Shown one piece after another: positions 34,201-40,004 of a stretch of DNA of 64,000 nt. Numbering within the stretch: position 1 is the stretch's first letter; each line of letters opens with the position of its first letter. The stretch covers positions 1,036,769 to 1,100,768 of the forward strand of contig OZ244779.1 of the NCBI GenBank assembly GCA_965219575.1. Direction: 5' to 3'. This DNA is from Candidatus Oxydemutatoraceae bacterium (lineage in GTDB: Bacteria; Pseudomonadota; Gammaproteobacteria; Poriferisulfidales; Oxydemutatoraceae). A model generated the notes under the pieces. It saw only the letters and a program-made list of their open reading frames with translations. It did no database searches and was not told the origin of the DNA. The translations under genes and the position numbers were made by a program.

Positions 34201-37200
34201 GCTTCAACGACAACGAGGGTGTGATTACAAACAGCTACTGGGATATTGACACGACCGGGCAAGCAACCTCCGACGGTGGGATCCCTAGGACGACCGTGCA
34301 GTTGCAAATGCCGACCGAACCGGGGGCGACGGCGGATATGACTTATTACCAATGGAGCGATAGTGCTTGGAACTTCGGTAGTACGACCGAATATCCGACG
34401 CTCAAAGACGAGGACGGCAACGATTTACCGTTGCTCGAGACTCGGCTGGGTACATCGCTCGGGCTCGGTGCGCTGGTGTTAAGCGGATTACAATTATCGG
34501 ACGGTATGTTGGAACCGCCGTTTGACCCGACTAAGACAAGCTACGAGCTATTGGATCTAGCCGGCGAACAGACGACGATGACGGCGACGACGGCAGCGGA
34601 AAATGCAGTTATTTCTATAGAAGTAGATAGTCAAACGGCGTCTACGGGCAATCTGGCAGTGGCTACCCGAATAACGGATACGGTAAATAATATCGTTATC
34701 AGAGTGACGGTGTCAGGGCGTAGCACGGCAACCTATACGGTCGTATTGCCCGCCAACCGTCCGTCGCTGGCCGGCATACCTAAAGAACCCTGTAGTCTGA
34801 CGGATGTAGATCAAGACGACGACCGCCTGATAGAGATTTGCGACATAGAGGGACTGTATGCGATGCGCTATCGTTTGGACGGCAGTGCGTATAAAGCGAG
34901 CAGTGCGGCAGCGGAGATTGACAGCGGTTGTCCGCAGAGTGGCTGTATAGGCTATGAATTGATGAATGATTTGGACTTCGGTAATCCCGACCACTATAGG
35001 GATGGTAGCAACCGAGCGATATGGACGGTTACCGATTACGCCGACGATAGCGATAAAGGCTGGCGACCGATAGGGGATTTTGCCGTCTCGTTTAATGCCA
35101 CATTCAAGGCGAACAGTCATACGATTTCGGGTTTGCAGACCAACAGAGACGACAACACAAACGGCAGAGATTACGCAGGTCTTTTCGGGCATATAGGGGC
35201 GCGTGCGCAACTTGACGGGGTCGATTTGTCCGCTATAGATGTAAGGGGCAGATTTGTAGTCGGTGGTTTGGTCGGGCGGAGCGACGGTGGGACGGTAATC
35301 AATAGTTCTGTAGAAGGCATTGTAGCGGGAAGCCCGGTCATTAATTCGTTGGGTTCAAGCTGGATAGGCGGTATGGTAGGTTCTAATAACGGTGCAATCG
35401 TCAACAGCTATGCGCAAGCGAGCGTATTCGGACACACGACGATCGGTGGTTTGGTGGGTGTTGCAACAAAGGGTAGCGACATCCGAAATAGTTACGCTCT
35501 GGGTAGTGTGAACGGCATCAACTATGTAGGCGGTCTGGCCGGCTTTAATCAAGGTCGTTTTGAAAACTGCTATGCGAGAGTCTCAATCGGTGGTGTTTTT
35601 TCGGTTGCCGGTCTGGTCGCTTTGAACGACGACGAAGGTGTTATAAGGAATAGCTATGCTGTTCCCGACTCATTTTTTCCTATAGCCGGTTTGGTGGAGA
35701 CTAATCAGGGTACTATCATCGATAGTTACTGGCAACGAAGCGATACGGTAAGCAGTAGCGACGGAGGTATCGGTTTGATGCCGGAAGTACTGCAAGCGTC
35801 GGCTTCGTTTCCCGGATGGTTGTCGGCGAACTGGGATTTTACCGACGGTGAGTATCCGGGACTGAAGTATGCCGAGGGCGGCGATCCCGATAATCCTGCG
35901 TGCGAGACACCGCCGCCGGATACGCAACTGCCGAACTGCGGCACCTTATTGGCGAATCAAAGACTTGGACTGGAGCGCATAGAATTAGTCGGAGTCGAAC
36001 TGTTCCCGAATTTCAATTCTGCGATAAACAACTATTCTGCGAGTGTTTCCGTTGAGACGACGAATGTCATGATAGTCGTGAGCTCAAATAACGTAATGAC
36101 ACCGATAAATATAAACGGCGTTGAGGCATCGGGTAATGTTAGTAGTATCGTAAAATTAGCCGAGACCGAAGATACTAAAATTACGATTGCAAGCGTAGAG
36201 GATGCTACAACCTATACCGTCGTCATCGTAAAGCAGTCGGAGATCGCCGGTTTTGTGCCTAGCCGTTTTGCAGGACGGCCCGCCGACCCACAATGCAGAA
36301 ACTGCAATCCGACCGTCGACGGTGTTGTGCAGATACGCTTTGCCGACGAGACCTTATCGCAAAGTGGAGATAGCATACGGGTTAAGCTCCAATTTAGAAG
36401 ACTATTCGGTGGTGATGGCGATAGTCGCTATATTGCCTCCGCCGGTTTAGGTTTGAGATATAACCCCGCCGTTTTCGGCCAATGTACCCATGAACGTTCG
36501 GATTTCTTCACCGCTACCGATAATTACGCTATTTCGTTTTCCGATACCGATGTCGATGAGTTGCGTATAGCCGAGACAGGTATAGATCTAAATGCAGGCT
36601 CCGACGAATTTAGTGCGTTGGGTGAGGCATGGAAAGATTTGGTAACGCTGACCTGTGCGATACCGAATCGGGAGAACGAACTGGGAGCGGCAATAGCCGG
36701 TACCGCTGCCCGACAAGTTGTCTTATATAGGTACGACAGCGACGGTGATGCGATACCGAGTGTGGCGTTGCTGTCGGCAAACAACGATTTGCGAGGATTG
36801 AGAGCCGACGACAGGAGCTATGTGGAGGCGTATATGCGTCACAGCGACGGCAAGGGCGTACGCTTGAAGTTTTCCAAAGGTGTGGCGGTATTTCCCGATG
36901 TGCGCGGTGGCACACAATCGGATGCAGTCGCTTTGACGACCGACAATTTTAGTCTAGCTATGTCTACCGATGCGGCGATTAGTACCGTGACCCATGTGGT
37001 CGGTAGCCGCTATGTCAATATCGAGTTTGACCGAGTGGTGGTGAATAATATATTGAGGCTGGTCAGCACATCGACAAGCATAATCTACGATGTCGACGAC
37101 GCAATAATGCAAGGTGAGGCATTGGCACATGACAGTTTTGCTGCCGAATTGGCATACGACAGCGAAGCCCCGGTGGTCGAGCGTTTGGTTGAAAGTGTTA

Positions 37201-39953
37201 CCGTGGTTCAAGAAACAACGAGAAACATAATATTTAACAAGCCTCTAAACCCGGCGACGGTGAGCATAGAAGCCTTATGTTTGGCCGATGAAGAGGGTCT
37301 TTGTGCCGGCGACGACGAAGCAACGGGAAGCAGTATTACCTCGGTGGTACTGATGGAAGACAACAGCGTGTTGCAAGTAGGTATAAGTAGTGCCGAGCAG
37401 GTGGCAAGAGATGCTCGCATAGAGTTTAGACGCGGTGCGTTATTGGGAACCGATTACAGGTGGGTTGAAGAGTATCAAGTCGCATTGAGAGACCCGATAA
37501 CGATACCGGATGTTGTGGCACCGACGATCACGGTATCGGCGGTCGATGGTACGGCGAATATAGAAACACAAACGCATACGCGCATCACTTACGGTATGAG
37601 TTTCACGGTCTCTGCCAACGAACCCGTAGTCGGTTTGAATACGACAAGTTCTTACAGCTTATTGCGAGTCCCGGATACCGGTGATGCGGTGCTCGTAGAA
37701 AATGCCGTGCCGAGTACAACAACGGTATCGGGGACGAATCAAGTGACAGTGAGCTACAGTGGTATAGAGGTTCCGGTGTCGGATGTTACGAACACCAGAG
37801 GTTTTACGCTGAGAAGAACGAGCGATACATCGCTACAAGATTTATCGGGTAAAGATCCTATCGGGTCGTCCTCCGGCTTTTTGGACGCTACCGGTGTTAG
37901 CAACGGAAGTGCCGTAGCGCAGACCGGAGATTTAGATAATACGGCACAATTAATGAGTTTGAGCCTATCGGTAGAGAGCGAGAGCAGTCCATTGTCACCG
38001 CCCTTTGATCCTGCGGTTGCGGTTAGAAGTTATAGCATAGCAAATGTTGCAAATTCGGTGGGTGATACCACGATAAGCGTGACCGCACAAAACCCGGCAA
38101 ACATTAGACTAATAAGAATAGGGAGTAGCTCCGACGACGATATAGCGGTCAATGCGTTATCGGTGACCAGCGACGCCATACCGCTGGAAGAAGGTGGGAC
38201 GACGACGATTACCATCGTGGTTATTGCGCAAGACGGCACAACCGAAGAGGAATATACCGTTGCGGTAGAACGTTTGCCGAGTATGGTTGCCGACTTAGAA
38301 GCATTGGAGGTAGTAGGCGACAGTGGCACGATAGAATTGGATCCCGACTTTTCTACGGGTGAAACCGAATATACGGCACGAGTGCGAAACGATTTAGAGA
38401 CGATTTTGATAAACACGACGGCAACGCAAAGCGCGGCGACAATTCAAATCGCAAAAACCGAAATTATGGATAACACGCCGAGAATGCCTCGTCGATCGAT
38501 CTCCTTAGATCAAGGAACGACGACAACCATCGTCGTACGAGTAACTGCGCAAGACGGAACAACCACCGCAAACTATGTAGTTACGGTAGTACGCCTGCCG
38601 AGTACGGTTGCCGGCTTGGAAGCATTGGAGATAGTAGGCACTAGTGGCACGATAGAATTGGATCCCGACTTTTCTACGGGTGAAACCGAATATACGGCAC
38701 GAGTGCGAAACGATTTAGAGACGATTTTGATAAACACGACGGCAACGCAAAGCGCGGCGACAATTCAAATCGCAAAAACCGAAATTATGGATAACACGCC
38801 GAGAATGCCTCGTCGATCGATCTCCTTAGATCAAGGAACGACGACAACCATCGTCGTACGAGTAACTGCGCAAGACGGAACAACCACCGCAAACTATGTA
38901 GTTACGGTAGTACGCCTGCCGAGTACGGTTGCCGGCTTGGAAGCATTGGAGATAGTAGGCACTAGTGGCACGATAGAATTGGATCCCGACTTTTCTACGG
39001 ATGAAACCGAGTATACGGCACGAGTGCGAAACGATTTGGAGACGGTTTCGATAAACACGACGGCAACGCAAAGCGCAGCGACAATTCAAATCGCAAAGAC
39101 CGAAATTATGGATAACACGCCGAGGATGCCTCGTCGATCGATTACCTTAGATCGAGGAACGACGACGACTGTCGTCGTACGAGTAACTGCGCAAGACGGA
39201 ACAACCACCGCAAACTATGTAGTTACGGTAGTACGCCTGCCGAGTACGGTTGCCGACTTGGAAGCATTGGAGGTAGTAGGCGACAGTGGCACGATAGAAT
39301 TGGATCCCGACTTTTCTACGGGTGAAACCGAATATACGGCACGAGTGCGAAACGATTTAGAGACGATTTTGATAAACACGACGGCAACGCAAAGCGCGGC
39401 GACAATTCAAATCGCAAAAACCGAAATTATGGATAACACGCCGAGAATGCCTCGTCGATCGATCTCCTTAGATCAAGGAACGACGACAACCATCGTCGTA
39501 CGAGTAACTGCGCAAGACGGAACAACCACCGCAAACTATGTAGTTACGGTAGTACGCCTGCCGAGTACGGTTGCCGGCTTGGAAGCATTGGAGATAGTAG
39601 GCACTAGTGGCACGATAGAATTGGATCCCGACTTTTCTACGGGTGAAACCGAATATACGGCACGAGTGCGAAACGATTTAGAGACGATTTTGATAAACAC
39701 GACGGCAACGCAAAGCGCGGCGACAATTCAAATCGCAAAAACCGAAATTATGGATAACACGCCGAGAATGCCTCGTCGATCGATTACCTTAGATCAAGGA
39801 ACGACGACGACCATCATCGTACGGGTAACCGCGCAAGACGGCACAACCCCCCTCGAAGACTATACGATTACGGTAGTACGTTTGCCGAGTACGGATGCCA
39901 TGAATGCCATCCGCATTCGCGTCAAAGTATTCTTGGAAGGCCCCCTGCAATAG
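16227..39953 (+). CDS. Giant (7908 aa) exported repetitive protein with GLUG-motif modules and cadherin-like beta-sandwich domains; putative adhesin or surface protein
   Basis: Single 23.7-kb open frame with a GAGG RBS. Hydrophobic N-terminal segment ending LFA-Q. Ten DxDxDGLIDIYYLEDL modules followed by VGGLVG.N.G.I.NSYA arrays, then PFDP..T.Y-type domains. Confidence 0.9.
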   Translation: MIEIIISFYIFMIHKRQIEVDFRVSILLLCLGLLVAQPLFAQAPSFEMACNTEDIDDNDNGLIELCYLEDVAAIQRDGTGLRRGTATLAEGCPTSGCNGYELVRNLDFTTTQSYMTGVVNSNWILNAADFMGTARQGWDPIGSVANNDCSDSGSRCFAAILEGNGYSISNLQINRDGANEIGLFAGNTGTIRNLGLREIEVEGNNRVGGLVGRNEGNLINAHVIDSRVEGSANNAGLLVGVSRPSALIINSYVRGTVEGSRWVGGICGLNFGRIINSYAEVMASGVREVGGLVAENQHGTIRNSYAMGSAHITANDSENRRSVGGLLAVLWRVSDSNPNPSVTNSYSTVRVTGNLARNNVGGLIGNTNISDPLITASYWDTETSERTASPGGGTPQTTDGLQMPTAPGTMASDVYYQWSTDDWDFGTMQTYAALRYAIGDDNDNPGCDVEPDTPLPPCGALLSGQAGRDRGLNTLFFVINGDRQDNTRVFRDRPFSPLVFDYDIKLPSLQTTIELIPYAVNDTATISVFSASDQDDDLFMGRRSGQESRPITLQANTNETMMVEVDGLTYNFNLIRGPQPSVEIVSFGTIPPTGTVDEGDDIVFEAVFRNGSEDYQYSLQQGGTALGQGQNSTATVTVTIPDNLVAAGEETTQTIYTITVDDSFDIVSRELMLTVNKIDNGEPQLELSVSPTMLSITSSVDDIDGVGTFSYQWQSRDEGDSGWNNLPSVTNSQMVAGNSANTIRYRVIVNHTDGQGHGKEYTIGLFPRDVDGDDDGLIDIYYLEDLNVIRYQVDGSGYTINPESDNIIADKIVSGCPANTCTGYELLRDLDFTTARSYVDATAEVQDQTTVLDEWTVDDPMNDSDTGWLPLATADVPFASLFNGNNNNISNLQINRDTADDSDIGLFAVLSPSARLENVGVLDVSIEGRGYVGGLVAQNEGVIVNSYAQGEVAGAQHSVGGLVALNSTATGVIINSYANVRLMSAGALLSGGLVGNNDGKIRNSYAAGNVGGACDVGGLVAENGSEGEIVNSYASGAVNRSGSCGDDGTRNRAGGLVADNAGLIRNSYVRGPISAGGGTAGGLFAVGATGTVEFSYWDSTVNSDITADSTAQTTADLLSLPSETGIYTNWNSADWDFGTAMQYPLLRYTSPTDIAIAAVCDDDLNTALPPCGSILLAQGEKGLSNLLFFTGDDAVALNRPFSLSLLSGYTVNVEDQTTIELLPYGINPRGESITITQNTTNTDYFVGKLSGEQSMPIPISKGESVLTISVGNDPTDTNPVTYSVTVNNMVSPVQVTDVTGPDTAVEGDPISLSQTATGGIGVNYTYRWTSEPADFLDGQTVTNATLSFNVPTDFVLGENTSRSVVIKSIVGDSFSESSAIKTVNIVKDDNGNPDFRTEVTVSTISIEAVPGSDPDGDGMITGASWERRTVDDVEWMPIPGQTSAMYSIPTEDRGDTRYRAQVVYIDAQGYSHTSSVLGPYRADIDDDDDGLIDIYYLEDLDTVRYQTDGSGYRASNEATRSSRGCMPVDTTETCSGYELRRDLDFMTTRSYLVATMNRTIWTVNNFGTDADTGWQPIGSIDGNSCSNTSSDCFTGVFEGNGYSISNLRINRDSTTGSLSDNIGLFVGNTGTIRNLGLSGIKVHGHRRVSGLVGLNAGNLINVYVDEGEVEGRNNGVGLLAGRSEGLIINSYVRGTVFSAGRFAGGICGATLGSGISNSYAIVDVTAMGNIGGLAGDTLGPIRNSYAMGSVRLTANANSGLVVGGLVGVMAVFNEPSITNSYSTVAVTADNPTGNIISGLIGDRTEAVDASAISDSYWDSNTSMQTTSMGGGTSKTTVELQMPTNRTAEIGIYANWNSADWDFGTSQTYAALRYAIGDDNANPGCDADPDTALPQCGDLLPGQIATVLPIEITNITVPETVNEGDVINLSAAVMGGNSDSYSYRWTSEPASLLAGVSETDIANPTLSFIVPTDFVLGEASNRDAVIELTVGDGLIESTATGTVTVEKVDNGNLSLSATVTTSTISIEILENDPDGAGSVAYTWEQRSIARAGWQPILNPSNSYTVPAQDASSFRYRVRLSYTDAQGYPYTSGVLGPFRAEIDDDDDGLIDIYYLEDLDAVRYQLDGTGYTPSTTTVKITRGCPLAGDNTETCSGYELRRDLSFTAMQSYVDATTNRDEWTVDNPMNDLDTGWPPIGGSFGSTFEGNGYSISNLQINRDTVDDSDIGLFAVLSSSARIKNVGLLNVAVEGRGYVGGLVAQNEGEIVNSYVQGEVKGAQHSVGGLVAFNSSSTTGVIVNSYANATVMSTGALLSGGLVGNNHGTIRNSYAAGHVSGVCDVGGLVAENGSGSEIINSYVSGEISRSGSCIDDGNRNRVGGLVADNAGLIRNSYVRGRVSGSGAIGGLFAVGATGTVESSYWDSTVNSGITIDTNARISADLQMPTMPGTIPTEIYYDWSTADWDFGDMTSYPALRYAEVDGVDSCDNDANTALPRCATLLSDQAGRNEGLSALFFVINGAEQDNDRIFRNQPFSSLLFDYDVVIPNTMNFQLRPYAINNTTMISIVKEADTSIDYFDSRLSGESSLDIPVSEGISEVIRITVDGVVYTLNLRVSPENPVRITSLVADPVAGSIVDEGQSVTLMFAVADGSSDNYRYSLQQAGRVIARSTDTTTFTAVVPTDFVQADLTTQSIVYTITVDDSFSTASAELMLIARKINNSIPQLELNIGPALLSISTTADADGIGTFMYQWERRDRVDSGWIDDSTSASATVPANSSSEIRYRVTVRHTDGQGDSNTYRINPFPVIVDGDSDGLIDLYYLEDLDTIRNSSDGSGYDIDTERDDITIDKNTLGCPNGGCIGYELSRSLDFDDDNSYSSTANKITWTTGAGWQPIGSISNDDCGDSASDCFNSIFEGNNNQLSNLRINRDTVDDAHIGLFTAVSQDARIENVGILDVAIEGRGYVGGLVARNAGVIVNSYVQGGAVTGTQHSLGGLVAINDSGVSTRATITNSYASVMTISTVVLSTGALVGRNRGVIRNSYASGNASGSCDVGGLVAENGNGSEIVNSYASGTVNRSGSCSDATRDRAAGLVAYNAGSIENSYVSGRVSGSGAVGGLVGNAEPTGTVTSSYWDSTVNSGITADADDGIATGTAALQEPTAPGSIATQIYHNWSTADWDFGTSRTYAVLRYAGGDDSDNPACDLDPDTPLPPCGALLLDQGGADRKGLGGLFFFVDGEPLDMSLLNKPFSFSVFSGYVINLENKALIELSPYGLNARGQSISIFRMGDTPRRDYFDEKHSGELSEPIRIPRGRSVLTIVVGDAPGDPDPVTYSFTVNNEVTTVEITDLTSNATMLEEGETINIEATVSGGARLNYRYQWTAEPAELLGRVSNADITSPTLSFSIPPDFVSLEATTRSAMIILTVRDNLSESRATETVVIEKVDNGARLFMTTVTTSEINIATVADDPDGNGDGTVDYSWELRSIDDDDWMSTSIVSNRYTVPAQDASSFRYRVRVSYTDAQGYDFDRLFGPYRADIDDDDDGLIDIYYLEDLDAVRYQTDGSGYTTSTATVKITRGCRPIDNIETCSGYELRRDLDFATTRSYVNAARHRGEWTVDNFATGSDGWQPIGEIPSGLFVDCNATGSDCLNSIFEGNGYSISNLQINRDLDGVGLFAGNNGTIRNLGLSEIRIEGGNQVGGIVASNDGILMNSHVDSSVAGVDRSVTGSLRVGLLAAANNGLIINSYARGDVRANTFVGGICGYSGGEIINSYADAEVVANNSSAGGLVGLMSRINEIDAIITDSYATGSVGAQDSQGSQGGIVGFLAQNTNIRNSYSTAEVTTMTASAGGLVGTSNASVFDSYWDVETSMQMRSAGGTSSTTAELQMPTIPGTTATEVYYNWSPDNWDFGNTMSYPALRYTDGGVDACAANPETALPRCGALLPEQNGRDEGLSILFFVIDDEEQDNADIFVNQPFSSLLFNYDVTIPYTENFRLRPYAINSTAAISITRAGDTQGIDYFNDASGELSDKIPLRGNMTEVLTITVDGVDYTLNIRVGPQDPVEITDFSSVPVAGSTVDEGDSVSLNIEIDGSSGDYDYLLQPGGIEISRVATTATFSVVIPDTFVEAGSTTQSITYTITVDDGFGTASAELMLVVRKTDNGEPQLEFNVGANSLEITPTVADIDGVGTFRYRWQSRAEGANDWTDISATNRYTVSGTPASTVRYRVIVNHTDGQQHSREYIIGPFPINVDGDGDGLIDVYYLEDLDAIRNRLDGSGYSVDPGSDSISVDKITLGCPSDTCVGYELLRDLNFTTEQSYVDATAQVQGQTTLLDEWTVNDPTDDSDSGWLPIGSGDTPFAALFRADNHKIFNLQINRDTVDDAHIGLFAALSQNARIENIGLLDVAIEGRGHVGSLVAQNEGVVVNSYVQGGEITGTQHSLGGLVASNSSMTGVVINSYASVTTTSTEVFSPGGLVGSNRGVIRNSYATGDVSGPCDVGGLVAESFVGSQIVNSYASGNVHRAGSCMDDGTLDSVGSLVGYHRGLIRNSYGSGRVSGSGTKGGLVGDAENSTVTFSYWDVETSMQMRSAGGTSQTTAELQMPTAPGSIANQVYFNWSTADWDFGTSLNYPIIRYTTATDILSEPACDDNLDTPLPQCGGVLLGQGDIGLSSILFFAGDDTLNEAELDPPFSLSVLSGYTVNTVDEVLIRLLPYGIDVLGETIAIFKTGDTLSVDYFEDRRSGELSAPIPISRGQSVVTVRVGDDPDTVDYSFIVNNEVSAVEVTDVAGDFTMRREGETVSLSATVQGGISDNYSYRWTSEPASLLAGLSEADITSRTLSFSIPLDFVSRDVLSRDAEIKLTVGDGFSVSSATETVTVEKVNDGDPNFTATVTAAEISIATVGDDPDGIGVTVYAWEQRSIANVVWEPIPGVPNTSNTYTVPPQNASSFRYRVRLSHTDAQGNPFSQVLGPFRAEIDDDDDGLIDIYYLEDLDAVRYQTDGSAYTISTATVGITRGCRLAGDNTETCSGYELRRDLDFATTRSYVDATTNRDEWTVDDPMNDSDSGWLPIGSIVSNDCEDSGSNCFTSTFEGNGYDISNLQINRDTVDDSDIGLFAVLSSSARIENVGLLNVAVEGRGHVGGLVAQNEGEIVNSYVRGEVKGTQHSVGGLVASNSSSMTSVIVNSYADATVMSTDALLSGGLVGNNHGKIRNSYAAGNVRGSCNVGGLVAENGSESEIVNSYVSGEISRSGSCSDDGTRNRVGGLVVDNAGLIRNSYVRGRVSGSGTIGGLIGDAEATGTVEFSYWDSTVNSGLTTDTNARISTDLQSPVAAIGIYAQWNTADWDFGGTTSYPALRYAEVDGVDACDSDANTALPRCGALLSDQAGRDEGLSALFFVINSAEQDNDRIFGNQPFSSLVFDYDVVIPNTAEFQLRPYAIDSEATISIVKVADTSTDYFDGRLSGESSLDIPVSEGITEVIRITVDGVAYTLRLRVSPENPVRITNFVSDPVAGSIVDEGQSATLTFAVADGSSVNYRYSLQQAGREIAQSNDPTFTAVIPLDFVQADLTTQSIVYTITVDDSFSTASAELELIANKENNGEPQLELRITPTFLSTTSTVADVDGAGTFTYRWERRERIDVSWMEVSTTFGVSIPADTPGEVRYRVTIDHTDGQGYRNTYLIGPFPAGIDGNNNGLIDIYYLEDLDAMRNQLDGSGYSINSGYSNIIVDENTSGCPDGGCRGYELSRSLDFNEDTHYLDAAANKERWTTGTGWQPIGDFDNPFSAIFMASTESLTISNLTIDRRNESGVGLFGESSGRITDIRLSDVSVRGYSVVGGLVGSNRGQITAGSVTGSVESVDTWAGGLVGTHWNEIKNSYAQVDVSGYSSVGGLVGYSFGTIADSYAFGDVKARIFGGGLVGFNQGPIARSYASGSVESAFYAGGLIGYNDSYIDAIGRGGVIENVYATGNVIGGTYLGGLAGYNDSDINNGYAIGRVIGGGGSGGLVGFNDNEGVITNSYWDIDTTGQATSDGGIPRTTVQLQMPTEPGATADMTYYQWSDSAWNFGSTTEYPTLKDEDGNDLPLLETRLGTSLGLGALVLSGLQLSDGMLEPPFDPTKTSYELLDLAGEQTTMTATTAAENAVISIEVDSQTASTGNLAVATRITDTVNNIVIRVTVSGRSTATYTVVLPANRPSLAGIPKEPCSLTDVDQDDDRLIEICDIEGLYAMRYRLDGSAYKASSAAAEIDSGCPQSGCIGYELMNDLDFGNPDHYRDGSNRAIWTVTDYADDSDKGWRPIGDFAVSFNATFKANSHTISGLQTNRDDNTNGRDYAGLFGHIGARAQLDGVDLSAIDVRGRFVVGGLVGRSDGGTVINSSVEGIVAGSPVINSLGSSWIGGMVGSNNGAIVNSYAQASVFGHTTIGGLVGVATKGSDIRNSYALGSVNGINYVGGLAGFNQGRFENCYARVSIGGVFSVAGLVALNDDEGVIRNSYAVPDSFFPIAGLVETNQGTIIDSYWQRSDTVSSSDGGIGLMPEVLQASASFPGWLSANWDFTDGEYPGLKYAEGGDPDNPACETPPPDTQLPNCGTLLANQRLGLERIELVGVELFPNFNSAINNYSASVSVETTNVMIVVSSNNVMTPININGVEASGNVSSIVKLAETEDTKITIASVEDATTYTVVIVKQSEIAGFVPSRFAGRPADPQCRNCNPTVDGVVQIRFADETLSQSGDSIRVKLQFRRLFGGDGDSRYIASAGLGLRYNPAVFGQCTHERSDFFTATDNYAISFSDTDVDELRIAETGIDLNAGSDEFSALGEAWKDLVTLTCAIPNRENELGAAIAGTAARQVVLYRYDSDGDAIPSVALLSANNDLRGLRADDRSYVEAYMRHSDGKGVRLKFSKGVAVFPDVRGGTQSDAVALTTDNFSLAMSTDAAISTVTHVVGSRYVNIEFDRVVVNNILRLVSTSTSIIYDVDDAIMQGEALAHDSFAAELAYDSEAPVVERLVESVTVVQETTRNIIFNKPLNPATVSIEALCLADEEGLCAGDDEATGSSITSVVLMEDNSVLQVGISSAEQVARDARIEFRRGALLGTDYRWVEEYQVALRDPITIPDVVAPTITVSAVDGTANIETQTHTRITYGMSFTVSANEPVVGLNTTSSYSLLRVPDTGDAVLVENAVPSTTTVSGTNQVTVSYSGIEVPVSDVTNTRGFTLRRTSDTSLQDLSGKDPIGSSSGFLDATGVSNGSAVAQTGDLDNTAQLMSLSLSVESESSPLSPPFDPAVAVRSYSIANVANSVGDTTISVTAQNPANIRLIRIGSSSDDDIAVNALSVTSDAIPLEEGGTTTITIVVIAQDGTTEEEYTVAVERLPSMVADLEALEVVGDSGTIELDPDFSTGETEYTARVRNDLETILINTTATQSAATIQIAKTEIMDNTPRMPRRSISLDQGTTTTIVVRVTAQDGTTTANYVVTVVRLPSTVAGLEALEIVGTSGTIELDPDFSTGETEYTARVRNDLETILINTTATQSAATIQIAKTEIMDNTPRMPRRSISLDQGTTTTIVVRVTAQDGTTTANYVVTVVRLPSTVAGLEALEIVGTSGTIELDPDFSTDETEYTARVRNDLETVSINTTATQSAATIQIAKTEIMDNTPRMPRRSITLDRGTTTTVVVRVTAQDGTTTANYVVTVVRLPSTVADLEALEVVGDSGTIELDPDFSTGETEYTARVRNDLETILINTTATQSAATIQIAKTEIMDNTPRMPRRSISLDQGTTTTIVVRVTAQDGTTTANYVVTVVRLPSTVAGLEALEIVGTSGTIELDPDFSTGETEYTARVRNDLETILINTTATQSAATIQIAKTEIMDNTPRMPRRSITLDQGTTTTIIVRVTAQDGTTPLEDYTITVVRLPSTDAMNAIRIRVKVFLEGPLQ
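38272..39890 (+). repeat. Five tandem 321-bp (107-aa) near-identical cadherin-like repeats
   Basis: The anchor GATCCCGAC recurs at 38340, 38661, 38982, 39303 and 39624. Confidence 0.97.
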
Positions 39954-40004
39954 TACCTCATCATTAACCAACTATCTTGCGTAGGGCTAGTTGATGTGTG
40001 TCCA

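Noticed and set aside
38272-39890. Tandem array or REP clusters as CRISPR
   Set aside because: These are 321-bp in-frame coding repeats without unique spacers; no regular repeat-spacer array or cas genes appear in the window.
16300-39971. Numerous short ORFs inside the giant gene
   Set aside because: They are shadows of a repetitive coding sequence and recur with the repeats.
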